NCBI GenBank assembly: GCA_002269645.1
Contig: NIVC01000013.1
Span: 1,240,001-1,304,000, forward strand
Source: Macrostomum lignano
Lineage: Eukaryota
DNA: 64,000 nucleotides
Reading direction: 5' to 3'
Positions 1-13,345 of this stretch are shown in pieces; the first letter of the stretch is position 1; each line of letters starts with the position of its first letter. A model generated the notes under the pieces. The model saw only the letters and a list, made by a program, of their open reading frames with translations. It had not been told where the DNA came from and did no database searches. Position numbers and translations under genes: made by a program.

Positions 1-279
1 TTAAGTTTCTCTTAAAGTTTCTCTTAAACTTTGAAATTTAAATGGCCTAAGAAATGCGTATTTCCTTGGTTGTTAGACTGATGCAGACTGCAGTGGAGCT
101 GAAGATACACAAATTCCTTTCAGGGCTGCAAATTGGCAAGAAAGATGACGTGATCAAAGCATGAGAACAACCATGAGAGTACTACGTCCCACAAACTGGC
201 TTTCCAAGCAGGGATGGGCAGACTTTTACCTCAAAGGCCAGATAAAGAATCCAGCTCATAGCTGATGGCAGATGAAAGT

Positions 280-632
280 GGAAAGAAGAAGGAATAGACG
301 ATTCGAAGAGAGGAGAAGCGACAGAGGGGATAAAAGAAAAGATAAAAGATAATAGGAGAGATGAGGGAGAGAGGACTATGAGAGGAGAGAGTAGAGAGGA
401 GCAAGTAAAGAGGAGAGAGTAGAAGAGCGAGTAAAGAGGAGAGAGTAGAGGAGCGAGTAGAGAGGAGAGAGCAGAGATGAGATAGGAGAGTAGAGAGAAC
501 AGAAGAGAGGTTACAGAGACGAGAGGAGAGAGGAGAGACAAAGGTAGAGAAGTGAGTGAGGAGAAAGGAGAGGAAAGAGGAGAATTGAGAGGGGAGAGAG
601 TAGAGAGAGGAGGAGAGATAAGAGAGAAAGAC

Positions 633-683
<51 letters not shown>

Positions 684-1365
684 CAGAGCAGAGAGAAAGC
701 GCAGAGCAGAGAGAAACGAGAAGAGATAAGAGAGAAAAGATAAAAGAAGAGAAAGGAGAGATGAAAGAGCGGACGAGAGAGAAGAGAGGTGAGGGAAGAG
801 ACGAGCGACGAGGGGAGAGAGAAGAGATAAAACAAGAAAAGATCGATGAGAGGAAAGAGAGAGAGGAAAGAGGTGAGGGAAGAGATGAGAGAAGAGGGGA
901 GAGAGGAGAGAGAGGAAAGAGTAGAGAGGAGAGATGAGAGAGTAGAGGAGAGAGTTAGGAGAAGAGAGAAAAGAATAGAGAGGACAAGGAAGAGACGAGA
1001 GAAGAGGGGGAGAGAGGAGAGAGGAGAGGAGGGAGAAAACGAAAAAGTAGAGAGGAGAGGAGAGAGAAAAGAAGAGGGAAGAGATGAGATAAGAGATATG
1101 AAAGAGAATAAAGATGAGGTAATATACGAAAGAAGATGGGAGAGAGAAGAGAGGAGAGGGGAGAGAAAACGAAAGAGTAGATAGGAGAGAGGAGAGCAGA
1201 GAGAAAACGAAAAGTAGAAAGGAGAGAGGAGAGGAGAGAGAAAAGAATAGGGAAGAAATGAGATAAGAGAGATGAAAGAGAAGAGAGATGAGGGAAGATA
1301 CGAGAGAAGAGAAGAGAGAGGAGAGACGAGGGATGAGAGAGAAAAAAGGAAACAGAGAGACGATA
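280..1365. repeat. Purine-rich (GA) low-complexity tract with an (AG)n core
   Basis: The + strand is almost only A/G for about 1.1 kb, with a pure (AG)n run near 640-678. Confidence 0.9.
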
Positions 1366-2129
1366 GAAATTTCAAAGGATCCAAGGGACGTAGGGAGAGT
1401 CAGGGAGAGGCCAGAGTTTGCCAATACATGTTTTAGAGTCAGACAGACATTGCCTGGCATTCTGTGGAGTACCCCAGCAAACAATATCAACGTTTGCCTC
1501 AAACCCTAATTTTACACGAATGTGCTCCATTTTATTTCTACCTCTATCCTACTAACATTAATTTGTTTGTGTATGGCCTTAGATTTCAGAATACATGCAA
1601 AAGTAGTTCCAGGTATTGGAATTCCCCGGGTTCAAAATCCGCGGGTTTCAACAGCTTGTCATATTTATAAATATTGATACAATAATAGATTTAAAATGAA
1701 TTATTCATAATATAAAAATTTTAATCTTTTAGTGTTTCTGCCAATTTATTACCATAAGGCTATATATATCAAATATATCACTATTAGTTTATTAGGAAAC
1801 CATTGCTAATAATAATACTATGCAAAAATGGGATAAATATGCAACAAGGTATTTATTATATGCTTGGCTACTTGCTTTATTTAGTAAATAAATATCTATA
1901 GGTCAAGCTACAATAAAAGCTAGGCCTAAAGCCCTAAAACAAAGGGAATGATTATAATGTAATATAATTCCATTTTAGCATCTATCTTCCGAATTATTAC
2001 CAAAAGGAAAATGGAAATGAGTGAAATATATAGACCTATACTTATTATTATTTATTTTAATTTAGACATTTAGGTCTATGGCCATCTTGGTATATGGCCA
2101 TCTTGGTCATGTGCCGTCACTAGATTGTC

Positions 2130-3552
2130 TATGGCGAAATCCAAAAATGTGGGATAAAACGGTAAAACAAATCTGTGGACATTTGATAGAAAGTAATGTA
2201 TCTAAAAAAGGTTTTTGAAAGATAGATAGGTCTTTAAAAAATAGTTTAGGATAAAAACTATTGTTTTCATGCTTTATATCGTTGAATAAATAGGAAAAAA
2301 CCACAAAAAAGCCTTTTAAAAGTTCAAGTTGACCGATTTGCAATTTTTTTTCACTTTTTTCATTAATAAACAATTAATTTTAAGACTTGTAAGCCTTAGA
2401 GAAGGCTAATTTTTTTACTACTTACAAAACAGAAAGTAATCTGTGTTTTACTTTTTATTCTATTCAAAAAGATGAAGTATTTCTAAGGATTTCAAAGTTT
2501 TTCTAAAACCATATAAACTCGCGAAAATTCATACTAATTTAAAGTGCAAAGTTTGCCAGCAAACATCTTTTTATAAAAATATATATATCGCTAATTCCTT
2601 GTTGCAAAATAATCTTTAAGTTGTTTTCTTTCATTTAAATATCAACTTGCATAGTATTAGTGTTTTTAATATGTCTATATTTAGACTTAAAAATTTTGGA
2701 TAAAAAATGGTACCACAAAATGTGAACGCGGCATCCAAATCAAATGCTTCAAAGAATAAAATGCAATTTTCCAGTCTTTATGGGAATTCCAATGTGTTAC
2801 CCGGCTTCCAAATCAGATGCTTACTGTATGCTTATTAAGCAACAAAGAACAATGAAATTACACTAAAACATATATCATCGCGGCGTGTATGCAAGAAAAA
2901 AAGAATTTTCCAAATTGCTTTAGTAGAAGCTAATTAAAATGCAATTTTCCAGTCTTTTTGGGAATTCCAATGTGTTACCTGGCTTCCAAATCAGATGCTT
3001 ACTGTATGCTCATTAAGTGACAAAGAACAATGAAATTACACTAAAACATATATTACCGCGGCGTGTATACAGGAAAATTTTTTTTCCAACTTGCCTTGGT
3101 AGAAGCTGAAAAAAATGCAATTTTCTAATCCTTACAGGAATTTGTATGTTTAAATAATAAACTTATGTTGAATACCATTTATTGCAAACGAACTCTACAA
3201 AATACACATTGTCAAGAGTAACAAAAGTGATAAACAAATAAACCCTTAAAAATAATGTTAAATATGTTGTAGAATTATAGAGTGTAACATTATAAGATAG
3301 TTAAAGTTAATAAAATACATTATTTTAGCTTTTCTATCATTTTCATCAGAGTCATTTTAGGTCATAATTAAACTTTATTTTTTAAGAAATCATTTTATTA
3401 AAAATAAAGCTATATTTAAATAATTTGTGCTTTTATAGACTTTTATACCTTTTTAAAAACTTAAATAAATTTATTTTATAGCTTTATTGCTTTCAAATTG
3501 CCAAATAACAAATTTTCATAAAACTTGCCCCCAATTTTTGGATTTCGCCCTA
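2130..3552. mobile_element. Non-autonomous TIR element (TAGGGCGAAATCCAAAAAT ends) containing a ~177-bp internal repeat
   Basis: Left end TATGGCGAAATCCAAAAAT (2130) is the inverse of right end ATTTTTGGATTTCGCCCTA (to 3552). Flanks are TCACTAGATTGTC and TCACCAGATTGAC. Internal repeat copies start at 2761, 2939 and 3115. A similar end, TAGGGCGAAATC, recurs at 62487. Confidence 0.6.
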
Positions 3553-4586
3553 TCACCAGATTGACTATAAGCCTCTAGAATACCAATATAAGTCTTACAT
3601 TTTAACAAAGCATAGGCCTACATTTTAACAAGTAAATTTTAACAAATACAAATATATATATGAACCTTATAAATATAATTCCAATAAATATATCATGACT
3701 ATTAGGCCCTACTAAGCCTATTAGTAAAAATATTGCATCAACTAGGGTCTATACTATATATTTTAACCAGCTTACTTCATGCTAGAAAGTATAGGACACA
3801 ATGCAATGTAATATAGGAAGAGTAATTTTTGTGCAAAATAGGCTTTGGCCCTAGCTAGCTATATTTATTTTAAGTTTCAAACACAAGTACATGACACATG
3901 TATGTATAGCCATAGCCTGTTGCAGAATAGCCTGTATGCAGATGCAATAATTATGCTTAAAACAAACAAATTGATTTTATTTTGAAGAACAGTAAGAATA
4001 ATAGCACAATTAAAAGAGCATAGCCTACTTCAGGGTTCGACTCCAGAGGAATCCAGTGAACAGAAGACATAGCTGAAAATCCGTAGTTTAGTAGTGTCAG
4101 GATTCAGTGGTAAAATATTGAAGCAAAAACTGCGTTCAAGAATGAAAGAAAGGTGTATTAATTGCGAAAAAAGGAAACGTTTAAAAACGTTTACATCAAA
4201 GTCGCTAACAGTGACATATTGACAGGCCCTGTGAACAAAAAAGTTATTAAAAAACAGTTATTTAAGTACATAAATATACTTATTTTGTACTAAGTAATGT
4301 TGATAAAAGTTTAAATATTAGGTTCTTAGAAATCTTCGCTGATTTAAAATAACATTTTAATGGTCGACGAGTCGAACGAACGAACGAACTATGACTATGC
4401 AGGCTTTTCATATTACCAATTCCAGAATCAGAATCGATTCGGATCTTCCAAGAAAAACAGCAGTACAAGTATTTAATTCTTTTGAATGTTTGACTGCCTT
4501 AACAACCTCGCATAGCACAATCTTTCACTTTCTTCTTGGCAATTGTCATTCAATAGGCCTAATAAAAACTTTATAGCATGTATCTC

Positions 4587-6085
4587 TAGGGGGCGACCCA
4601 GTCCCGGGCCCGGGCCCGAAAAGTCGGGAATCCCGACCAAAATCGTGGCCCGACCCGGGCCCGGGCCCGACCCTAAAAAAGTCGGGAAATCGGGACAAGT
4701 CTTTTTTCCCTAAAGGCACTAACTGCGTGCAAATAAGAATAAAATTATTTTTATTCACAGCACAGCACAACACTCAGTTAAGCATTGCATCAGCACTCAA
4801 GACTCAAGCACTGCACGACTGCAGTAATAGTAATAGATGATATGATGTGAAGTAGCAATATCATTGATTCGTAGTAGGCTCTAAGCGTGAGCGTCTGTGA
4901 CCGTGAGCGTCAGCCACAGCCAGTTTCCACTTTCCAGGAAGATTGGATTTTTTCCAGGAAGATAAAATTAAAACATAGTTGATGCAATATTGATTCCACT
5001 TTACACGCTGCAGGCTGCAGGCTAAAAGCAAAAATATGATTCTTTAAAAAGTTGATTTGTCATTTTTAAGCTTTTGTAAATAACATTTCCTATTTACGTT
5101 CCAAGAAGTACTTATTAAGGGCCAAGGCTACCATTTTTCCAAGAAGTTTGCTATCTATCAGAGTTTGTAATCGTGTTCATATTTGTATTGTATTCGTAGG
5201 TAGTTGTAGTTGTAGACTCAGTATCGTATTCGTAATCATATTCGTTTAGGTAGGTAGGTGAGCAGGTAGGCAGGTATCAGCTAATTACTTGTATTTCCAT
5301 TGTCTGTTTGCCTGTTCTGTTGAGACAGTTGAGTGTTGTGTTGTGTTGTCACTTCACTTGTGTTCTGTTCTGTTGTCTTGTCTTGTTGTCTTACTGAATA
5401 CTGACTGTGTACATGGCTCTTTATATTGAAGCTATGTAAAGGAACTAAAAATTCAAATAAAAGAATCAATCAATTGATTTGGTTCTTACTTCCTTACTGC
5501 TTCCAATGCCAAGTGCCTTACACTTAATGCTTCAGCTTTTCTTCTTTTTGCTTACTGCCACTGCCAGTGCCAGCCGCACTACCGCAGTGCCTGCTTGCCT
5601 ACCTCACTGCCTGTTAAGTGTTAGTGTCACTGTCACTGGCACACACACAGTACTTGTGCCACACAGTGACATTGAATTTGAACTATTGAGTATATTGATA
5701 TTTGAGTATTAAGTCTTTTAATGTAACTCTTATCTATTCTGAAGTATTAACTAATGTATTAAATAAAAATAATATTTATTGTATATTTAATATAATATAT
5801 TATATTTATATATTATTATATATTTAATATATTCATATATTATAATATATTTAATGTTTATCATATATTTATTATACATTTAATATATTATATTAGATTT
5901 AATATATTAATATATTTATTATATATTTAATAGTAATCTGCATATGCTAAAAGTATTAAGATTTATTATGATTTTTTTTCCAATTATTGAGCTGTCCTAA
6001 AGATCTTGTCCCGAATTCCCGAGGCCCGACCCGGGCCCGAGTCCTCATTCCCAGGCCCGACTTTGGCCATCCCGGTCGCCCCCTA
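4587..6085. mobile_element. Non-autonomous hAT-like DNA transposon
   Basis: TIRs TAGGGGCGACC / GGTCGCCCCCTA, perfect 8-bp TSD TGTATCTC (4579-4586 and 6086-6093), subterminal GGGCCCG motifs at both ends. Confidence 0.85.
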
Positions 6086-6675
6086 TGTATCTCTCTCGAG
6101 TTATGGAGATAAAAAGTTATACTTCACAAATTGGTTCTGGTTCTGGAACTAGAACAAGCAATATGAAAAGGCCCCTTTATTATCATCATCAGCAGACATC
6201 CAATTTAGTAGGATAGCCCCCCTTTTTAATCTTCTCTATAGAGATTGCACAAGATCTTGAACTTCAATCAATATTTGATGTTTTTTACTGTTTCTCAATT
6301 GAATGTTGAATCTTGATTAAATCTTGATTTTAAAATGTGCCAAGAATCTAATAAATAAAATAGGGGCTTCTATTTTATTTTAACTAAAGATAGGGGCTTT
6401 AGCCTTTAGTGAGATTTTACAACTTCTAAATTTAACTAATTTTTTACTATTTAGTATGATAGATCTTGTTGTATGAGTAAAAAGACACCTCAATTTTAAG
6501 GGACTGTGATCATTTTTGCAGATGATTTGATTTCATGTTTTAAAAAAGTTTTTTTCTATAACTTTTATTCCTTATCCAATTTTTGTGTGATAGGCCCTAT
6601 CTCATGCATTTTTTTTCTCTAGTTTCAAAAACTATATGTTTAGGCCTAATTACATGTTATTTTCATATTTTTCAG

Positions 6676-7813
6676 TAGTGTTCCGCCGTAATTATGGCTA
6701 CGGCTACGGCAAATTACGGCTACGACACTTTTGAAGCCGTATTTTCATTACGGATTACGGTTACGGACATATTTTGAGCTTACGGTTACGGTTACGGATT
6801 ACGGAGATTTTTCTACACTTGCTGTAATTGGTAGCCGTAACAAAAATTATTTATTTTTAACTGTTTAGTGTTATAAAAGAATTTTTTAATATCAACTTCA
6901 ACCAGTTTTCATTTTGTTTTACTAGTTATTATTATTTTTTACATTTGTTAAGTTTCTAAATATCTACGAAACTTCTTGAAAATGAAAAACGAATTTTTCA
7001 CGAATTTTCTCATAAGGCATACGGCATAGCATAGCATAGCAATAGCATGATAGCAGTGAGACAGAGAGAGCCAGTCAAAGCCTACAAGAGACTAAGAATC
7101 TGGCATTCTTATTTCTTAGCCATATGTAGCATTTAGCTCCTTAGCATAAAAATAGGATATTAGATTTAGATTATGAGGATAAGGATGAAAGAATATTAAT
7201 AAGGAAATATTAAATAAATACTAATAGGATAAGAATATGAATTATGATTAAAAATTGATTGAAACCAAAGAAGACAATACAATAGACAATGCAATAAAAT
7301 GAAAATGAAAAAATGTAACATGCAATTTCTTAGTCATCAGAAATTTTGAAGCAGTTTTATTTGAACAAATTCATATATTTATTTCATGATATTAAACATA
7401 CACATTGACCTTGGCACGTCAGTCATATATTCATATTGTAGCGAAACAAAACAGAATCACGACACAGAAAACTGAAAAAGGCACCAAGCACACAATTGCA
7501 TACAACAATGCTATAGAATACTTTGATAAAGATATTATATTTACGAAAAAATAAATGAATATTAATGCATGAACGAACAACAAGTAGGTTTTATTGCTAT
7601 CCTTTTATCCTTTTTATCTGTCCTTTTCTGTCTGCCCCACTTTTCATGCAAAAATATCAATTTTTGTTATACATTACGGCTACGGTTACGGCAAATTACG
7701 GTTACGGACTTTTTTAGCCTGTAATGACGGCAAAATTCGGCTATGGAAGTTGCTTCTTTCTTACGGCTACGGTTACGGTTACGGAGGTCAAAACTCGCGG
7801 CGGCGGAACACTA
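6676..7813. mobile_element. Non-autonomous hAT-like DNA transposon
   Basis: Perfect 13-bp TIR TAGTGTTCCGCCG / CGGCGGAACACTA, perfect 8-bp TSD TTTTTCAG (6668-6675 and 7814-7821), subterminal (GGCTAC/GGTTAC)n arrays. Confidence 0.9.
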
Positions 7814-8999
7814 TTTTTCAGTTGTGTTCTTACACTCTATACTTATTACCAAGGACTACTTAACTAGAAGTATTATTTGAGTTGCCGATGCATTTCGTCC
7901 ATTTGCATTAGGACATCGTCAGGGTCTTTTTAAAATTGTTTCTCAATTGCAACTCAAATAATACTTCATGTTGATATTTACCTTTATTTATCTACTCTTC
8001 ATCAAGCGAGCCACTTTACTTAACTAGAAGGACTATAAACTCTAAAATGGGGGCCAAATAGTTGAAGGCCAATTTTTCTTTTCCCTAGGCCTATAAATTT
8101 TGATAAGTTGCACATATGAAGATGATGTTTTCACTTGGAAGTGCAGAATTTATTCCTCTTTCAACCAAATTATTACTCATGACCATGTCTATAGCTTTAC
8201 GTGTTTGAAAGAATAGTATACAATAAAATATACATACTCCAAGTTAAGTAACTTAACTACTTTAAACTAGAAAAGCTAAAAAATAGAGGATTCATGTTTT
8301 TTAAGATCAGAAAATATCAAATAGGCCTAGCTATTTACTATCCAAATCTTAAAGTTAAATGAAGCCAATCTTGTTATGACCATATAACTTTATTCTATAG
8401 AGTGAAATTAACCACTGAAGGAACTCTTGACTATATCACACACCATGACACAATGCAAAACAAATCTCAAAACCTTAAAATCAAGCCCAACAAATAAAAA
8501 AACAGAAAAGCATTAAGCACCCCAAACTCACCAAAAAATGGCAAAAATGATGCCCTTTATTAAGCAATAAATAGGCACTATGCTGTAAATATAAATAGAA
8601 TCACTTGGTCTAATATATTTTGCTATAAAGGACAAAAATGTGTTCACAAATAATAAAAATGACAACTTTGTAAATGCTTTATGGGCAACCTTTGGAAAAC
8701 ACTAGACCATATAAAAACTAATTTTCGAGCAAAAAAACTGATAACTAACTGCAAAAATGGTCATTCAAAACTGACAAGAAAGTTTACTCTAAAATAACTA
8801 TAAAAATGGTCATTCAAAACTAATAGGAAAGTCTACTCTAAAATATAAGTGATGAATAGGGCCTAACTGCAAAAATGGTCATTCAAAACTGACATGAAAG
8901 TCTACTATAAAATATAATTGACAAAACAGTGTATAGCATTAGATTTTTAATCAGGTCTATTTTAAGGCTGCAATTTCCATAGCAAATACAAAGTAGCTC

Positions 9000-11020
9000 C
9001 CAAATCCCTAGCTAGCTCTGATTCTCTGCAAACCAGACCTTTCAAAACAAAAAGGTGAACAAGCCCATGAACTGTTTGCACCACCACCTTAGGTGTATTT
9101 GTAGTCAGAGATCAAGCACAAGATGCACCTCATCCACCAGGAATGCAGTCCACCATGGCAGCAAAATTGTGCAGATAATCAAGGTTCTTAGTCTGTTACA
9201 TCAATAGGAAATTGCATTGCATCATTCAATTGAACGCCTGATTTGAGTGATTTTAAATTGACTACTTTCCAGAAGTTTGTTGTGCGCTCAATAAAAATCT
9301 GTGGTATCTAACTGACCATTGACACATAGTGCAGCAATTGTTTTTTTAAAACATCAATACAAGACTCACTTTTTGATGCTCCAATTGGGAAGGACCATAA
9401 GCTACTAGGTTAAGTGATATCAGTTTGACAATGTGTTTGTGCGATTGATCCATAATCGAGACTAGGTCATGCAATTTAGCATTGATATAATAGGCTATCT
9501 ACTACAGGTACAAAGTCAATTTCTTTGTAGCACTGAGTAAGCCAGTTGTTTTGGATATTTTTTTATGATATGGACAATGTTGTATTGTCAGAATAGTGGC
9601 TTGCTATGATCAGCAGGATTGACTGCCTCCCATGGTGCAACTCTGCATAGTTTGCTCAACCAACTTGAAGCAGTTCCTATTCAAGGAAACTGCAATAGCA
9701 GTTCCACCACACTCATGAACAATGGTTAGTAATTGGCTTACTTGGTTATATAAGAACCAAGGTGCTAGGCTGTAGATAAGAATTAGTCTAGCAACTTAAG
9801 CTTCACCTCCCATTAAAGGCTTAACCATGATAGCCAGAATGGTTCATGCCAATATATCTTGGGCATCCTCTGCAAATCCAATAATATGACCACCACAAAA
9901 TCAAAGTGAAAGCTTAACATAGACCTTGTCAAAAATCACAACATAGTAGCATTGCAAAGGAGTGCTTTTTTCTATACAAGAGGCAACAAGTTGTCAACAG
10001 TTGTTGTCAGTTCCAACTGTGCCAAGCCCACTTAAATGTCATTTGATAGTGGCAGGATACGGCATGCAAACAATATCTTAGAAAGAAGAGCCATTGCAGC
10101 TAGAGAAGTATAGTTTTGCAGCTGTAAAAATGTCACCTGCATTGTACTAGACTCCTTGTGATTGATTAGTGCTGAGTTCTAGTTTTTCGAAAAAATGATT
10201 GGTAGGAGTCTTTATAATATAGGTCTTTCATGCTTTCTACATGCACAGCAAGGTCTTTACTTGCAGTCTTCAACTTAAAGAGTAAGATTAGCCACAGCTT
10301 CTAATTGGCTGAATGGCTCAAGTCAATGCTAATAGCCCAATGCTGAGACTGCCATGATTGTGTTGCAACAAAAGGCATTGGCAGAGAAGTCGTGGTTGAC
10401 AACAACCAGAACTTTGCCAGTTCAACCATTAACTATCAAGAACTGCACAGCAGAGTCACTTTACTGCACAAGCCATCCTCCATTTATGAAGAAGCTGATA
10501 TTGCCAGCTTGCTTAGTGAAGCTGGACTATAACTTTATTCTATCAATGGCATTAAATGATCCTATTTCATCTTCCAACTGCCCACAGTGACTGAATAGAA
10601 CATCATGTCTGTTGATATCTTTGGACTTTTCTGAAAAGACAACAAAATACCATGCTTATATTGTCATGTTTACCAAAATTCATGTTTCAGTAGCAAGCAA
10701 AGTAAATAAAAATTGTATAATATATTCACTTGGCTCAGTCAGGTGCAATAAAGCAGTTGGCATTAGCATAGCATATACTTAGATACTGTCTACAAAACAA
10801 ATAATGTCATTCTTATTTCACCATCAATTTGAAAAATTTTAGACAAACATCTAACAATTAAAACAGCTAATTGCCAAAGAATTAAAAACACTACTTACTT
10901 TTACACTTACTGGCATACTTCTAAGCCATAGTTTTGCAGTATGTTGGCCTTTTAGGAATGAGTAAACTATTGCTTTTTCACCAGTTGCATGGTTTGTCTT
11001 TCAGTCTGGACTTCATTGGC
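9000..11020 (-). pseudogene. Decayed THAP9/P-element-type transposase with apparent introns
   Basis: Manual minus-strand translation with stops and frameshifts gives a THAP-like KTNHATGEKAIVYSFLK..KLWLRSMP (~10990-10910), then VVIFDKVYVKLSL*FCGGHIIGFAED, TILAIMVKPLMGG, VHIIK/IQNNWLT and FIERTTNFWKVVNLKS. GTAAGT donors near 10910 and TTTCAG acceptors near 11030 and 10631. Confidence 0.75.
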
Positions 11021-11689
11021 ATGGCTAAAGCTGAAAAAAATAGTTTATATTTTACCATTGCCAACTTACTTAACAGTGAGAAATGGATAAAAAGGCTACT
11101 GACTAAGTAGAACATAGTAGGTAAAGTATTTAAGTATAGCTAGCTAATTAAACTTTTAACTTATTGAAAAGTTGTATATTGTTTTAATAAAAACAGCTAA
11201 ATGTTTTGCTTACACCAAAGAGTATAAACTATTTTTCTGACTACACCTAATTAGCTGATGCCATTATTTTTTGTTGGTAGCTAAATTATTCATTAATGCA
11301 TTTCATATAGGTATATTTATCATAGCTACATAAAAGCATAAGCAGAAGTATGAATAAGCCTAGCATATAGCTATGTCTAGCAAAGTGAGGCTTTAATCTT
11401 TATTTCTAATATCTCTATTTAATCTGAGATATTATATTATATCAACAGCTCACACATGGTTCAAAAAATTAGAGTGTTCAAAGTCAACTGAAAACTTTTG
11501 CATAGATTGACAGGCCACTAAATAGTAAAGCAAAGCATATAGGACTAGCTATCCCGATAGGAAAAAGGCAGCCTCTAATTTTTACCTGCCTCAAACACAG
11601 CCTCAAATAAACCTCAAAGTGGATTTTTCAAGGCTGGTTTAATGCTAGCCTCAAAAATAATCTTTAGCATTGAAAGAGATTATATTCGA

Positions 11690-13345
11690 TGCTAGATTCA
11701 AGGCTGGAGTAGAGGTTCAAATTAGAGTCTGAAATAGAGGCTGGATTTGAGACTGGATTAGAGGCTTTTTTGAGCCTGGATTTGATGTTTAATTTAGAGG
11801 CTAAATTTGAGGCTAGATTAGAGGTTGAATTCAAGGCTGGAATAGAAGCTAGATTCGATGTTCAAGTTAGTAGCTGGATTCGATGTTCAAGTTAGAGGAT
11901 GGATTAGAGGCTTGAATAGAGGCTGGATTTGATGTTCAAATTAGAGGTCGGATTAGAGGCTGGATTAGAGGTCAGATTAGAGGCTGGATTAGAGGTCAGA
12001 TTAGAGGCTGGATTCAAAGCTGGATTAGAGGTCAGATTAGAGGCTAGATTTGATGTTCAAATTAGAGGCTGGATTAGAGGTCGGATTAGAGGCTGAATTA
12101 GAGGCTTTCTTTGAGCCTGGATTTGATGTTTAATTTAGAGGCTAGATTAGAGGTTGAATTCGAGGTTAGAATATAGGCTAGATTCGATGTTCAAGTTAGC
12201 AGCTGGATTTGATGTTCAAGTTAGAGGATCAATTAGAGGCTGGAATAGAGGTTGGATTTAAGGGCTAAGGCTGAAATAGAGGCTAGATTTGATGTTCAAG
12301 TTAAAGGCTAGATTAGAGGTCAGGTTAGAGGCTGGATTCGAGGCTAGATTAGAGGCTGGATTCAAGGCTAGATTAGAGACTAGATTAGAGGTCAGATTAG
12401 AGGTTGGATTTGAGACTGAGAGAGAAGCTCAAGTTGGAATCTTAATGGTATGTGCCTGCAGCTCTTTTGCAAATAGAGGAGCAAATATCCCTCCCACAAA
12501 AATGTGAACTCTGTATATACTCGCCTGTACCTAGTAAGACACCTGTCTCTGTATAAGCAAATACATTGTGTCATACATGCGCAACAGTCGGCCGAGTTGG
12601 CCGATCTGGCCGACCGATTTGGCAGCCAACAAAGGAAGTCGCAAAAATGCCTACCCGAATAAATACCCCAAGTAGTACTAAGTGGATGACGAGGCATGTT
12701 GCCTAAATAAGACAGTCATAGTTACTCCTGCCGTTTACCCAAAGTTGCATTAATTTTCTTCAGGATTTTTTACATGTAAGTCACTTTTTTGGCCAAAAAC
12801 TAAGTCGCATGGCCGACCGAATTTTGGAGGTTGCACATGTATGCGTTGTGTGCACCAAATCTTAAGGAGGGAAAATATACAGATGCAGATATCTGCGTGG
12901 CAGATAAGTTATATTTCATAATTCCATACATCGTTATTGTTTAGTATGTTACAACACAATCCATATGATTGATTATATGGCCTTCTAACATCTTTTTGAA
13001 TAGACATTGTCTAACTGCTTATTATTGCCTTTGAAAAAAAACTATGCTAGTCTTGAATTCATTTTCTAATTGAGCCTCTAACTGAGCATCAAATCGCTAG
13101 TCTCAAATTCAGCCTCTAATTCAGCCTTTAACTGAGCATCAAATTGCCAGTCTTGAATCCAGTTGCTAATTGAGCATCTAATTCAGCCTCTAATTCAGCC
13201 TTTAACTGAGCATCAAATTGCCAATCTTGAATCCAGTTGCTAATTGAGCATCTAATTCAGCCTCTAATTGAGCATCTAATCTAGCCTCAAATTCAGCATC
13301 AAATCTCCAGCCTCTAATCCAGCCTCCAATATGAGCCTCAAATAG
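11690..13345. mobile_element. Foldback-like structure made of two inverted satellite arms
   Basis: (TTAGAGGCTGGA)n-type repeats at 11690-12420 and the reverse complement (ATTCAGCCTCTA)n-type at ~13065-13345, around a ~650-bp core. Confidence 0.5.
12572..12843. mobile_element. Small TIR element (P-like MITE)
   Basis: TIR CATACATGCGCAAC / GTTGCACATGTATG (13/14 match), 8-bp flanks CATTGTGT / CGTTGTGT (7/8 match). Confidence 0.6.

Noticed and set aside
182-1502. 400-423 aa Ser/Leu-rich ORFs
   Set aside because: They are translations of the polypyrimidine strand of the GA tract, which lacks stop codons.
4033-4044. GGTTCGACTCC B-box, possible tRNA
   Set aside because: No A-box or cloverleaf around it.
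8750-8915. Three ~60-bp direct repeats
   Set aside because: Short, AT-rich, probably transposon subterminal sequence; nothing further to support.
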